Shown here piece by piece: positions 1 to 9,900 of a stretch of 55,535 nucleotides of DNA. This stretch comes from a virus (Duplodnaviria; Caudoviricetes), in IMG/VR virus record IMGVR_UViG_3300030677_000007, positions 1-55,535 of that record; one strand, written 5' to 3'. Each line of letters begins with the position of its first letter. Position 1 is the first letter of the stretch. The notes beneath the pieces were generated by a model. The model did not search any database. It saw only the letters and a list, made by a program, of their open reading frames with translations, and was not told the DNA's origin. A program made the translations under genes and the position numbers.

Positions 1-143
1 CGCCATCCTTGGACGTGGTGCCGACGAACTTGAGCCTCATGGTGATCACCTTTCGCTCCTCCCGGCCGATTACCGGGCTGCTGCGCACGGTAGCGCCGGG
101 GCGCCGAGATACAGAAGACCGCCCCCGCCCGGCACTTCGCCAG
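1..143. repeat. Terminal direct repeat, left copy (circular overlap)
   Basis: Matches 55393-55535 except at positions 127 (g vs c) and 136 (t vs a). Confidence 0.95.
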
Positions 144-154
144 GCGGGGGCGGT
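118..154. terminator. Hairpin terminator after the last late gene
   Basis: accgcccccgcc...ggcgggggcggt inverted repeat ~20 nt beyond the stop at 174. Confidence 0.65.
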
Positions 155-173
155 GAGGGCTCGGTCCTTCTTC

Positions 174-3113
174 TCAGGACAGGCCGGCGAACCAGCCGTT
201 ACTGGAACCGGACAACGTGCCGAGGCTGGCCGGCATTGCCGTGGTCTGCCCCGTAGCGGCCGTCGCGAAGCGGGCACTCCCCGCGGTGAGCTTGTAGTTC
301 GCCGCAGACTGCGAGACACCCCGGAGGAATGTGGGCAGCGTGGTGCCGTTCGCGAACCAGCCGATGAGGTAATCCCCGGGCAGCAAGTTGTACGGGCCTC
401 CGAGCAGCGGCATCGTCTTCGCGCCGCTGGAGGCCCAGTTGGTGGACTGGTCGGCGGTGGATGCGACAAGCGCCCCGGCGCTGGTGTAGAGCCCAGCGAA
501 GCACTCGCCGGCGGTGAGGGACGCCCCGGCCGCCGTGGCGAACAGCTCGATGTTCGTGGCCGAAGCGGCGACGGGGACGTGGACTCGGGCGACGTTGACG
601 GTCCCTGCCGCTGCGAGGATCGTGCCGCTCGCGCAGGTAGCAGGGTCCACGGTCCAGGTGATGAGGCCGTGGTCCTCCGGAGCCCAGTAGGTCCGCGGAT
701 GGCCGTGATCCCACGGAGCCGCGAGCGGGCCGGAGCCCGGGCTGCCAGGTGTGGCCGCCTTCTTGGGGATGTCGGTGGTGTCGATCGTGGCGGCCACGCT
801 GGAGTTCGTGGTGGCCCACCTCAGCACCTCACCGACGGGCATCACAGGGATGCCGCGCGAGACGATCCCGGAGACGATGGATTGCAGGTCCGATTGCAGG
901 ATCTGCGTGGCCGCGGTCGGCGTCGTGGTGACGACCTCGTGGAACGCGAGGATCAGCCAGCTCCCGTTCGCCTTGCACAGGTCGAGGTCGCCGCCCGCTT
1001 GGGTGAGCTGGGTGGGCAGGTACGACCCGGCGAAGGAGCTGATCCCGCTGATCCGCCGGGTCCGCCACGGGTCGGACATCGGGAACGTCTCTTTGGTCTT
1101 GTTGACCGTGGTGACGGCGTGCGCAAAGTACTTCTGGAGAATCGAGGTGGTGTTGACCCCATCGGACGTGAGGCCGTACGCACCCTTCGGGTAGGCCAGT
1201 AGGTCGGCCCCTCGAAAGCCGTTCGCGACTGCGTAGGCCTTCAGGGCACGGGCGTCCGCGTCAAGCTGCGCCGCCGTGACCCCGGTGAACGTCGCAGCGT
1301 GCACTGCGTCCTGGTCCGCGTGGACCGCCAGCTCCCAGCCACTGTCGTTCTGGAGCTGGGTGAGCTGGGCCTGTGTGAGATGCCCGGGCGTCCCGATGAG
1401 GCTGGCGATCGTGTATGTCGTCGCCGCGAACCCAGCGGCGTCCAGCACCTCCCTGCCGAGCGTGATCGCGTCCTCGTAGGAGTCGTCCCAGGTGAGCGTG
1501 ACCATTCCGTGTGGGAACGTCAGCGTCCCGTCGGGGATGAGCTCCACGCCCTGGAGGTGAACCGTAGCCGCGTTGGCGGAGCCGCCGCCGATGTCGGTGA
1601 TACGGAAACGGACGGCTGCGAGGCCGGTCCGGGCGCCGGCGCCGTTCTGGGCGGCGTCGTGGAACGACAGGCTCTGGGTGACCCAGTCGCCCGAGGTGTA
1701 GTAGTTGCTGCCGCTGGCGCCGCCCTGCATGGTCCAGGTCCAGCCGTTGCTCCAGCTGGTGTCGGTGCAGATGTCGATCTCGAACGACAGCAGGGTGTTG
1801 ATGTTGGCGATCTGGGCGGTGATGCGCGGCACCATGCCGGTGGAGCTGGCCGAGGTGACCGCGCCGTAGACGTAGTAGGTGGCACCGTCGCCGGGGGTGA
1901 CCAGCGTCGCGCACTGCGTGCCGCGGACGCAGGGGGTCGTGGTGTCGTTCGCGGTGAAGGTGGCACCCGATGCGACGAATCCGTGGCCCGGCTGGAACTC
2001 GGTCAAGATCGCGGACGGCTGCGGCTCGCGGGGCATCCGGTAGGTCGGGTGGTAGATGATGCTGGTGTCGAGGCTCAATGCAGCCAGGTATGTTGCTGCG
2101 GCCGAGGCCTCTGCGGTGGCGATGGCGCCGGCCGCGGCCCCGGCCGCGTCGTAGGCTCCGTTCGCCCGGGTCACCTCAGCGGCGACCTGGGTTCCGGTGT
2201 AGGCCTCCGCCGTAGTCACCGCGCCGGCGGCGGCCCCCGCCGCGTCGTAGGCCGAGTTCGCACGGCTGACCTCGGCCGTGATCTTGGTGTTGGTGTACGT
2301 CTCAGAAGTGCTCTGTGCGGCAGCCGCCGCGCCTGACGCGTCGTAGGCCGAGTTCGCTCGCGTCACCTCGGCGCTGACCTCGGCGGCGCTGTACGCCTCC
2401 GCCGCTGTCTGGGCCGCCGCTGCCGCTCCAGCAGCGTCGTAGGCCGCGTTCGCCCGGGCCACCTCGCCGCTGATCTGGCCGCTGGTGTACGTCTCCGCTG
2501 CTGTCTGTGCTGCGGTCGCCGCCCCGGTGGCGTCGTAGGCCGCGTTCGCGCGTGTCACCTCCGCCGCGACCTGCTGCCCGGCGTACGTCTCCGCAATGCT
2601 CTGCGCGCTGGCCGCCGCCCCTGCCGCGTCGAACGCGGTCGCCGCCGCCGTCGCGGCCGTTCCCAGCCCGAGGTTCTCTCGGGCCAGCGGCGGCGACTCC
2701 AAGTCGTCGAGGTTGTTCGCCACCAGCAGCGCCAGGCCGCCGCCGCCACTGCCGCTGCCGGAGGACGAGCCCACCGGTGCCAGCGCCGCGAGGTCGGCTG
2801 TCGGGCTCGCCGCCGGCAGCGTGATGCTGAACGGCTGCCGGGGCACCGTCCCGTCCCGCCACGACTCCACCACCGTGTACGTCCAGCCTGACGGCGTCAC
2901 CCCGGCCGCATCCGTCGCCAGCAGGTGGATGGTGAACTGCCCAGTGGCCTCGTCCGGAGTGGCGACGATCGGCCCCAGGATGGTGATGCCCGAGCCAGCA
3001 GCGGCCACTGCGGACGGCTCGGGGGTGAACGTGACGGTGCCCAGGCAGGCGCTGCCGTCGGCGTGGCTGTACTGGGCGAAGAGGGCGACGGTCTGTAGAC
3101 CGGTCAGCGCCAC
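174..3113 (-). CDS. Tail fibre/appendage protein with Ala-rich repeats and a CE4 (NodB-like) polysaccharide deacetylase domain
   Basis: GTG start after AGGAGG. Actinophage minor-tail N-terminus (GTVTFTP...GWTYTVVE). CE4 motifs TLTWDD, ELAVH, LAYPKG, LAFH at ~820-1505. Confidence 0.75.
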   Translation of the reverse strand: MALTGLQTVALFAQYSHADGSACLGTVTFTPEPSAVAAAGSGITILGPIVATPDEATGQFTIHLLATDAAGVTPSGWTYTVVESWRDGTVPRQPFSITLPAASPTADLAALAPVGSSSGSGSGGGGLALLVANNLDDLESPPLARENLGLGTAATAAATAFDAAGAAASAQSIAETYAGQQVAAEVTRANAAYDATGAATAAQTAAETYTSGQISGEVARANAAYDAAGAAAAAQTAAEAYSAAEVSAEVTRANSAYDASGAAAAAQSTSETYTNTKITAEVSRANSAYDAAGAAAGAVTTAEAYTGTQVAAEVTRANGAYDAAGAAAGAIATAEASAAATYLAALSLDTSIIYHPTYRMPREPQPSAILTEFQPGHGFVASGATFTANDTTTPCVRGTQCATLVTPGDGATYYVYGAVTSASSTGMVPRITAQIANINTLLSFEIDICTDTSWSNGWTWTMQGGASGSNYYTSGDWVTQSLSFHDAAQNGAGARTGLAAVRFRITDIGGGSANAATVHLQGVELIPDGTLTFPHGMVTLTWDDSYEDAITLGREVLDAAGFAATTYTIASLIGTPGHLTQAQLTQLQNDSGWELAVHADQDAVHAATFTGVTAAQLDADARALKAYAVANGFRGADLLAYPKGAYGLTSDGVNTTSILQKYFAHAVTTVNKTKETFPMSDPWRTRRISGISSFAGSYLPTQLTQAGGDLDLCKANGSWLILAFHEVVTTTPTAATQILQSDLQSIVSGIVSRGIPVMPVGEVLRWATTNSSVAATIDTTDIPKKAATPGSPGSGPLAAPWDHGHPRTYWAPEDHGLITWTVDPATCASGTILAAAGTVNVARVHVPVAASATNIELFATAAGASLTAGECFAGLYTSAGALVASTADQSTNWASSGAKTMPLLGGPYNLLPGDYLIGWFANGTTLPTFLRGVSQSAANYKLTAGSARFATAATGQTTAMPASLGTLSGSSNGWFAGLS
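2090..2640 (-). repeat. About six 96-bp (32-aa) coding tandem repeats
   Basis: gcgtcg(t/a)a recurs at 2146, 2242, 2338, 2434, 2530, 2626; unit YDAAGAAAAAQTAAEAYxxxxVxAEVTRANxA. Confidence 0.9.
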
Positions 3114-3146
3114 GAAGGGCCTCCTACGGTGAGGGGAAACGGAAAG

Positions 3147-3177
3147 GCCCCCGCCCGGCGGAAAGCCGGACGGGGGC
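3147..3177 (-). terminator. Putative intrinsic terminator after the lysis cassette
   Basis: gcccccg-ccgg...ccgg-cgggggc stem followed by tttc on the minus strand. Confidence 0.5.
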
Positions 3178-3184
3178 AAGGTGT

Positions 3185-3511
3185 TCAGTGGTGCAGGTAG
3201 ACGGCACCGATCTCGCTGGCCGTGACGAGCGCAGTGATGCCACCGGCGGTCATCCACACCTTTCGCTCGACCGCCTTCAGCCGGTCGGCGACTCCGGCCA
3301 GTGGCCCCAGCCGCTTGTCGACGACGTCCAGGCGCTCGTCATGGCGAGCCAGGGCGGCACGGTGCTCCGCGTGCTGCCGGTCGGACTGCTCGGACCGCAG
3401 GACCAGGAGCGCCAGCGAGCCGTTGATCTCCGCCAGCCCCCTGCCGAGCTCGCCGCGCAGCCGTTCCAGCTCCAGCGCCGTGGCGTGGTCCGGCTGCGGC
3501 GGTGCGGTCAC
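3185..3511 (-). CDS. Lysis-cassette membrane protein (coiled coil plus C-terminal TM helix)
   Basis: GTG overlaps the upstream stop; ends KVWMTAGGITALVTA. Confidence 0.6.
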   Translation of the reverse strand: MTAPPQPDHATALELERLRGELGRGLAEINGSLALLVLRSEQSDRQHAEHRAALARHDERLDVVDKRLGPLAGVADRLKAVERKVWMTAGGITALVTASEIGAVYLHH

Positions 3512-3858
3512 TCCCCGGCCGCCGGGGGCGCGACGGGGCTCACGCTCCCGCTGGTCGACACGGGCGCCGCGGGCTCGGCCACGACGGTCGCGGCCGCGGT
3601 CGGTGCCGGGGCTCCGGCGATCAGGTGGAGCTTCGCGGCGAGCGCCGCCCACGGGACGACCGGGGCCCACTGCCGGTACGCAGTCTCCACTGCGCCGACG
3701 GCCGCGCCGATCAGCGCGTCCCGCCCCAGGTGCGCGGTCCCCAGCGCGGCCAGCTGCGCGCCGGTGGTGACCAGCAGCAGGCGCCCGAACCGCGCGGCCT
3801 GCTGCGCGGCGTGCGCGTCGGCCAGCTCGGCCCGCAGCGCGGTGATGATGTTGCTCAT
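3508..3858 (-). CDS. Putative holin
   Basis: Small hydrophobic protein right after the endolysin; GGGAGG RBS. Confidence 0.55.
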   Translation of the reverse strand: MSNIITALRAELADAHAAQQAARFGRLLLVTTGAQLAALGTAHLGRDALIGAAVGAVETAYRQWAPVVPWAALAAKLHLIAGAPAPTAAATVVAEPAAPVSTSGSVSPVAPPAAGE

Positions 3859-3881
3859 GGTGTCCTCCCAGACATGACGAA

Positions 3882-3901
3882 GGCCCGCACCGTGGCGGGC
3901 C
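3882..3901 (-). terminator. Late-operon hairpin, loop CACGGT
   Basis: ggcccgc/gcgggcc stem upstream of the holin RBS. Confidence 0.55.
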
Positions 3902-3925
3902 GGATGGGGTGGAGCCGGGGATGGA

Positions 3926-4846
3926 TCAGGTGGTGGGCGGCTCGGACGCCACCAGGGTGTGACCGAGCGCGGCATACGCCGCGGCCGCGCCGGCCTCCGC
4001 TGCGGCGGTGATCTCCGCGGTCGTGATGCCGCCGCCCTTGGACAGGGCTGCCAGCACCGCGCCCTGTGCGGCCACCTGCGCCGCGAGCCCGGCCACCTGC
4101 CGGGTGGTCGCGTCGTAGTGGCCGTCCAGGTAGTTCAGGTAGGCGGACACCGGGATCTGGGCGGCGTTGCCCTTGGCGTCCTTGCGGAACGAGCTGGTGA
4201 CCGTCGCGGCGAGCAGCGTGCGGGCGGTGAGCTCGGCGTCGGCCTGGGTGAGCGGCATCTCGTCCTCCGGAGTGATGTGAATGAGCAGGTCGGCCAGCGT
4301 GCCGTGGAACACCGAGGCGTCACAGAGGCCGATGCCCGGGACCGTGCGGGCGTCCGTGTACTGCCACAGCTCGTGCGGCAGCCCGGGCTCGATCGGCCCG
4401 TACGCGGCGAGCCAGACCCGCGGGTACCCGGCGGCGGCCAGGCCGTGGGCCTCGTAGAAGGCGAGGCCGGAATACAGCTCGACCGCTTCGGCATGCTGAA
4501 GCCGAGCAGCCACGGTGGTGTACCAGGCCCGCGCCCGGGCGGCCTGGTCCCCGGCGCCGACCTCCAGGTCGCAGACCGGCCACTCGCCCGGGCGCAGAGA
4601 CCCGACCAGGTCGCAGAACTCCCCGGCCTGGACCGCCGCGTCGCGGTCGGCGACGACGTACTGGTACAGCCCCAGCGCCTGGATCCCGGCAGCGTGCGCC
4701 TGGTCCCGGTTGCGCGGCCACTGCGCGTCGGCCCGGGCGCCGTTGTGCGCCCGCACGATCGCCGCCGGGTAGCCGCCCGCGACCAGGCGCCGCCAGTCGA
4801 CGGTGCCCTGGAACTCGCTGACGTCCGGGATGATGAGGTCACTCAC
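3926..4846 (-). CDS. Endolysin, GH25 muramidase
   Basis: DVSEFQG N-terminal motif, CDLE catalytic motif, VWLAAY, LWQYT. Confidence 0.9.
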   Translation of the reverse strand: MSDLIIPDVSEFQGTVDWRRLVAGGYPAAIVRAHNGARADAQWPRNRDQAHAAGIQALGLYQYVVADRDAAVQAGEFCDLVGSLRPGEWPVCDLEVGAGDQAARARAWYTTVAARLQHAEAVELYSGLAFYEAHGLAAAGYPRVWLAAYGPIEPGLPHELWQYTDARTVPGIGLCDASVFHGTLADLLIHITPEDEMPLTQADAELTARTLLAATVTSSFRKDAKGNAAQIPVSAYLNYLDGHYDATTRQVAGLAAQVAAQGAVLAALSKGGGITTAEITAAAEAGAAAAYAALGHTLVASEPPTT

Positions 4847-5187
4847 TGGCCAAGCCCCCTTGCTGCCCTGCTGGCGGTCGATGCGGCCTCCGCCGGGCGC
4901 CCGCCAGTTCGTGCCTCGCGCAGCAGCTTGAGTTCCTCCAGCACCGCGTCGTGGGTCTCGCGGGCCTGCCGCTCCGCCGCCCGGCCGAGCACGCCCTGGC
5001 CGACGGCCAGCAGCGGCAGCGCCACCAGCTGCACGCAGTTGGACCAGTACAGCAGCGTGGTCAGCGCGGACGGGAACAGCAGCGGGAGGAGCCCGTAGAC
5101 GAGCAGCAGGTAGAAGGCCCACATCGTCCCGAACAGCCGGGTGGCGTGGACCGCGACCCATTCGTTGAACCTACGGACCCGGCTCAC
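4843..5187 (-). CDS. DUF1003-like membrane protein
   Basis: FGTMWAF...QLVALPLLAVGQ...ERQARE pattern; two TM segments. Confidence 0.6.
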   Translation of the reverse strand: MSRVRRFNEWVAVHATRLFGTMWAFYLLLVYGLLPLLFPSALTTLLYWSNCVQLVALPLLAVGQGVLGRAAERQARETHDAVLEELKLLREARTGGRPAEAASTASRAARGLGQ

Positions 5188-5657
5188 CGGCCCACCTCGC
5201 GAGCGGGAATGAAGTGGGCAGGGGCCTCAGTGTCGTCCCGCCGGTCCCGGACGGCCTGCCACAGGGGCTCCGGCAGCACGTGGATGCCGTACCTGGTCCT
5301 GTGGTGGGTCGTGCACAGCACCTCCAGGTTCCCCGGCGACTCCACCCAGCGCTGGAAGTCATCGTCGTCCTCGAAGTGCAGCCCCAGCCGACGGGCGACC
5401 TTGTCCCGGTCGGTGCTGGGGATCTGGCTGAACTCGACATGGCTGTGGTGCAGCTCGGGCCGGCCGTCGCAGAGGTCATCGTCGATGACGCACTTCCACA
5501 GGCCCTGCCGCTTCAGCCGGGCCTTGGCCTGCTCGAACAGGTGGTAGTGCGGATCGTCGTCGCGGTCGAGGTGCGACTCCACGTGGAAGGACAGGTGCAG
5601 GGTCAGCAGCTGGTCGTGCGCGGCGACCAGGCGGTGGGCATGCTCGGGCGGGGGCAT
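5184..5657 (-). CDS. His-rich protein with HNH-like motif
   Basis: C...C..ELHH and NLEVLCTTHH; GGAGG RBS. Confidence 0.5.
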   Translation of the reverse strand: MPPPEHAHRLVAAHDQLLTLHLSFHVESHLDRDDDPHYHLFEQAKARLKRQGLWKCVIDDDLCDGRPELHHSHVEFSQIPSTDRDKVARRLGLHFEDDDDFQRWVESPGNLEVLCTTHHRTRYGIHVLPEPLWQAVRDRRDDTEAPAHFIPAREVGR

Positions 5658-5677
5658 GGGGGCCTCCAGACATGGAA

Positions 5678-5701
5678 AATCCCCGCACGGTGGCGGGGAT
5701 T
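5678..5701 (-). terminator. Late-operon terminator hairpin, loop CACCGT
   Basis: aatccccgc/gcggggatt stem with T run on the minus strand. Confidence 0.7.
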
Positions 5702-5721
5702 GGGGTTGCTGCGGGGAGAGG

Positions 5722-5979
5722 TCAGGTGAACGAGGGAGGCGTGCTGGTGGTGTCCGTGGTGTAGGAGGTGTCCGTGATGACCTCCTTGGAGACGGTCGCC
5801 GAGGCCGTTGTGCCGGCAGGCCACGGGAGGCCGTTGAACGCCTCTGTGAGGGCGAACGCCATGGCGTCAGACATGCCTCCGCGCGAGACCAGGGTGAAGC
5901 TGGCCATGTTCATGGTCCCGTTCGTCTCCTGGTTGTTGAAGCTGAAGTTGTAGTTCGTGAACGTGTCGGTGGTGCTCAT
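5722..5979 (-). CDS. Hypothetical Thr-rich protein, possibly virion-associated
   Basis: ATG after GGAG; lies in the tail operon. Confidence 0.6.
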   Translation of the reverse strand: MSTTDTFTNYNFSFNNQETNGTMNMASFTLVSRGGMSDAMAFALTEAFNGLPWPAGTTASATVSKEVITDTSYTTDTTSTPPSFT

Positions 5980-6029
5980 GACGGCATCTCCAATGCGAGT
6001 TGGTGTGGACCGGCTGGCTCCGGTGGGCG

Positions 6030-6308
6030 CTACCAGCCGGTGGGTAGCGCGGGCCCTGCTGGCAGCGGCACGGTGGGCGGCGGGGCAGGTGCGCAGCCGC
6101 ACTGAGGCAGCGTGAGAGCGTTCGGACCCGGGCAGGTGGGTTGGTGGATCATCGCGGCGAGGTCGAGCGTAACGGCATGTGCCGCGCAGGCATACACAGC
6201 GTCGGTCCAGGTTTCCTCAACGGCGTGCTGTCGTTGCCACTGCACCACCGGTGCGGCCACGCACCCTGTGTGGCCACACGCCAGCGTGCTCGGTACAGGC
6301 ATGGTCAC
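6030..6308 (-). CDS. Small Cys/His-rich hypothetical protein
   Basis: GGAGGA RBS; CxxxxC, CxxH, CxC motifs. Confidence 0.6.
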   Translation of the reverse strand: MTMPVPSTLACGHTGCVAAPVVQWQRQHAVEETWTDAVYACAAHAVTLDLAAMIHQPTCPGPNALTLPQCGCAPAPPPTVPLPAGPALPTGW

Positions 6309-6321
6309 GAGTCCTCCAGGG

Positions 6322-6861
6322 TCAGACGTGGACGAGCCACGCGGTCAGAGACGAGCACTGCCCACTGACAGATGAGGTGGACAGGCCAGCGCCGCTCGTC
6401 TGGTAGCCGTATGCCTCGATGTAGTCGGTGCTGCCGTTGAGGTAGACCAGCCCGGCGGCACTGACCGTTGTGTACAGACCGGAGGCCGCGGCCGCGCTGC
6501 CGAAGGCGCCTGTCACGGTGGTGGTCCCGTTCTTCAGAATCGAAGCTGAGCGGGCTCCGGTCGCGTTGGTGGCAAAATCCAGGGTCGCCATCACCCAGTA
6601 CCAGCCCGCGATCTGGCCGGTGTATCTGCTCGTGTTGGTCGTGGTGGAGTGGCCCGCGTAGGAGTCGACAGTCGCGCTATCCATCGTGATCGGGACACTT
6701 GTGCCGCTGAGCAGCGACTGAACCGTGGCCTGGTAGAGCGAGGCGATCGGCGGCCCGAGCAAGAAGGTGAGGCCGTTGTAGAGCTGGGCGTTGAGCAGCG
6801 CGGCGTTGCCGGTGTCGCCGACCTGCCACTGGTACGGGATCGGGGCTGCGAGTCCCGTCAT
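6322..6861 (-). CDS. Minor tail protein with C1q/TNF-like beta domain (possible receptor binding)
   Basis: SRYTGQIAGWYWV...LVYLNGSTDYIEAY pattern; GGAGG RBS. Confidence 0.65.
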   Translation of the reverse strand: MTGLAAPIPYQWQVGDTGNAALLNAQLYNGLTFLLGPPIASLYQATVQSLLSGTSVPITMDSATVDSYAGHSTTTNTSRYTGQIAGWYWVMATLDFATNATGARSASILKNGTTTVTGAFGSAAAASGLYTTVSAAGLVYLNGSTDYIEAYGYQTSGAGLSTSSVSGQCSSLTAWLVHV

Positions 6862-6945
6862 CGGCGCCTCCGGGCGGCTCTCGGGCAGCACGGCGACCGC
6901 CGCACCCGGGTGGGCGGGCGGTCACGGCACTGCGACGGGCGGGGG

Positions 6946-9900
6946 TCAGTAGGTGACGCGGGGGCTGGTGGTGCTGAGCGTCGCCCCGGCGTCGAGCGAC
7001 GCGGGGAAGTTGCTCGCGGGGAGCGCCGGCAGGGTGTAGGCCGAGCCCAGCGGCTGGCACACCACCGACCCGGCCGCGTGGGTGCTGGCGAGATTCGCGG
7101 TCAGGGTGACGGCGACGCTGGTGTATCCGGCGACCGTCGTCGCCACGCTCTTGACCGTGGCGGACTCGGCCAGCGCCGTGCCCTGGCCGACGGTCAGGAC
7201 CGTCCCCGCCGGGAGCACCGCCGCCGCCGGGTTCAGCGAGCTCCCCGTCAGCGGCCCCAGTGTGATCACCGGCTGCCCCGCTGTCGCCTGCACCTGGAGC
7301 GTGCTGTGCAGGCTGCTGACAACCCACCAGTTCATGAACGGAGTCGCCGAGGACAGCTGAAGCGACGCCTTCAGGTTGCCCTGGTCATCGCCGTTCCAGG
7401 TCAGCTGCTCCAGGAACTGCTGGGCCACGATCGACGGGGCGGGCGCCGGTGGCCGCCGGGTGACCTGAACCCGGCTGCCGAACCCGAGCGCGAGCACCTG
7501 TGACCACAGGGCAGGGTTGCTGGCCGGGTCGATCGTCAGCTGGGCCAAGCGGGTCAGCGGCTGGCCGTACTGCTGCGCGAGGTACTGCGCCGCGTACTGC
7601 GGGACCGTCTGGTCCTGCACGTTGATCGTCCGCTCCAGCGTCCGCGGCGCGTACGCCACCGACGACACCGGGTTGGGCGCCAGGGCCGTCGGATACTGCG
7701 GGGAGCCCGGCGGTCCGGAGTTCGCCACCGACACCTGGTTGTAGATGTGCGTGGTGTCGTAGCCCGTCGCCACGTCGGTGAGGTACGGGATCTCTCCCGC
7801 CGCCTGGGCCTCGCCCAGGAGCACTGCGGGCGCGGTCTGGTAGTACCGCCAGGACCGGGCGGCGAGCTGCACCGTACCGCTGGCATCGGCGTAGACCTGG
7901 CCGTTCTCCGAGTCCCCCACCAGCTGGAGCGCGGACATGGCGTCCAGGCCCGCCAGGTCGGCGCCGCCCATCGCCGTGACCGCGTCCATCGTGCCCAGAG
8001 GACCGCCGTACCCGGACAGGGTCAGGATCCGCTGGGCCCGCGCCGCCGAGGTCTCCCCGGCCCAGCCGGTCGCGAAGCCGGACGCCAGGTCACCGAAGCT
8101 GGGGACCTGGTTCGTGGGGATCTCGCAGGCGTAGGCCAGGTCCCCGCTGAAGGCGAGCGAGTACTGGTTGAGCGGGCCAACGACGTACATCCCGATCGTG
8201 TCCGAGATGATCCCGGACGGCGAGCAGTTGTTGGTCGAGGTCCCGAAGTACCCGTTGCCGTCGACGTTGCCGTCCAGGCGCATACCGCCAGGGCTGAGGA
8301 TGATGGCGGCCATGTGCCAGTTCCCATCGCACACATACACCGGGATCGAGAAGGTGATGTTCTGGTTGGCCGTGTTCGACACGGTCACGTTGACGTGCCC
8401 GCTGGAGTCGATGACCAGTCCAGCGTGCGATCCGGTCGGGCCGGTGCGGTCCGAGGCCATCCACAGCGTCATGCCGGAGCCCGAGGCTGGGACGGTCGTG
8501 GTCCGGAAGCAGATGATCCGCGTCCAGCCCCCCGACGGGGGCCCGTTGGGCGTCCCCAGGTTGATGAACGTCCCCGCCTGCTGAGTCGTCGTCGGGGTCG
8601 GGTTGGCCAGCGTGACGACCGGCCCAGTCCCCCCTTCGAAGCCGGTGCCACTGACGCCGTTCCCCGACGTCAAACTCCCTGCCCCTGCACTGGAATTGAG
8701 GATGTTCGCACGGCCATGCTTCCCAGTCAGGTCACGGAAGCCGGAGGTGCCCACCGGCTCGTCGAGTGGGTACAGCCGGTCGGGCCCCAGCGCCAGCAGC
8801 TGCGCCTCAACATTCGGCTGAAGCGTGAAGTCCGCGAGCGAGGCGAGGACATCTACGCAGGTAAGGTCGACGGTTCCGTACGTGCCCGACATGTCCCACT
8901 GCTGCGGCCAGCGTTCGACATACCCGGCCCACAGCGGGTACACCACCCCGGGTGCGACCCAGGGCGACGCGGCCGCCGCACGCTCGAATTGCCACCCCGT
9001 CAGGTATCCGGTCAGCGCCGCAGCAACCGCACCCGTGTTGGAGACCGCGGGCCGCGCCCACACGGCCCCCGCCGGAGCCACCCCGCTCACCACCGCCGGC
9101 ACCCAGGCGCCGGACACCACCGAGACGGCAGTGCCAGTGCTGGTCGAGAGCAGGGCTCCCGACTGGGAATACCAGTAGATCAGCGGGGTCACGCTGACGG
9201 CCGCCGTCGCCATCAGGTATAGCGACGACGTCCAGGACTGCCCGGCCGTGACGGGGGACGCGTTGAAGTCGGAGGTCGCCCAGCCGTTGTTGTAGCCGAG
9301 GCCGAAGACCGCTGCGCCAGCGGCGCTCACCGGCACGCCCCACGTCAGGGCGGTCGTCAGCCCCACAGGAGCCGCCGGGCTGACCGTGGTGAAGCCAAAG
9401 GTGCCGCCAGTGGCGTTCACGTTGAGGGTGTCCAGCCCCGCGGCCATCCCCTGGGGCAGCACGTTCCGGGTCACCGGCCACGTCGCGGTGAGTCGGCACG
9501 GCACCATCGGCACGACGTTCGGCGCGTACGGCGACGCCGTGTTGTCGGGGTCGAGCGCCCCGTCCAGGTTCCACAGCGACAGCGTGAGCTCGCCCGACTC
9601 GACCTCGTCCAGCTCGTATTGTCGCCCGGACTGCTGAGCTGACCACGGGCCCCGGAGCCTGGCCGTCAGGTCCGTCCAGTACGGCGTCACCGCGTTCGAG
9701 GCGTTGCTGTTGAAGGCGACGGAGTACCGAATCTGTGGCCAGGACGGCATCAGGCCGCTGGCGCCCATCGCGGTGTTGACGTGCTCGATCGATGCCGACT
9801 GCCCGGCAACCGTCGCCGACCCGGCGCTGAAGGACGCAGCGACGGCACGCGGAGACCAGGTGTACGGGATCGATGCGAGCTGCGTCCATGCCTGGCCGTC

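Noticed and set aside
1-143. Terminal repeat as a biological DTR or attL/attR
   Set aside because: It cuts through a gene start, is far from terS and int, and looks like an assembly overlap; attP is intact elsewhere
2090-2640. Regular repeats as a CRISPR array or DGR template/variable repeats
   Set aside because: Degenerate in-frame coding repeats without unique spacers; no cas or reverse transcriptase gene seen in the window
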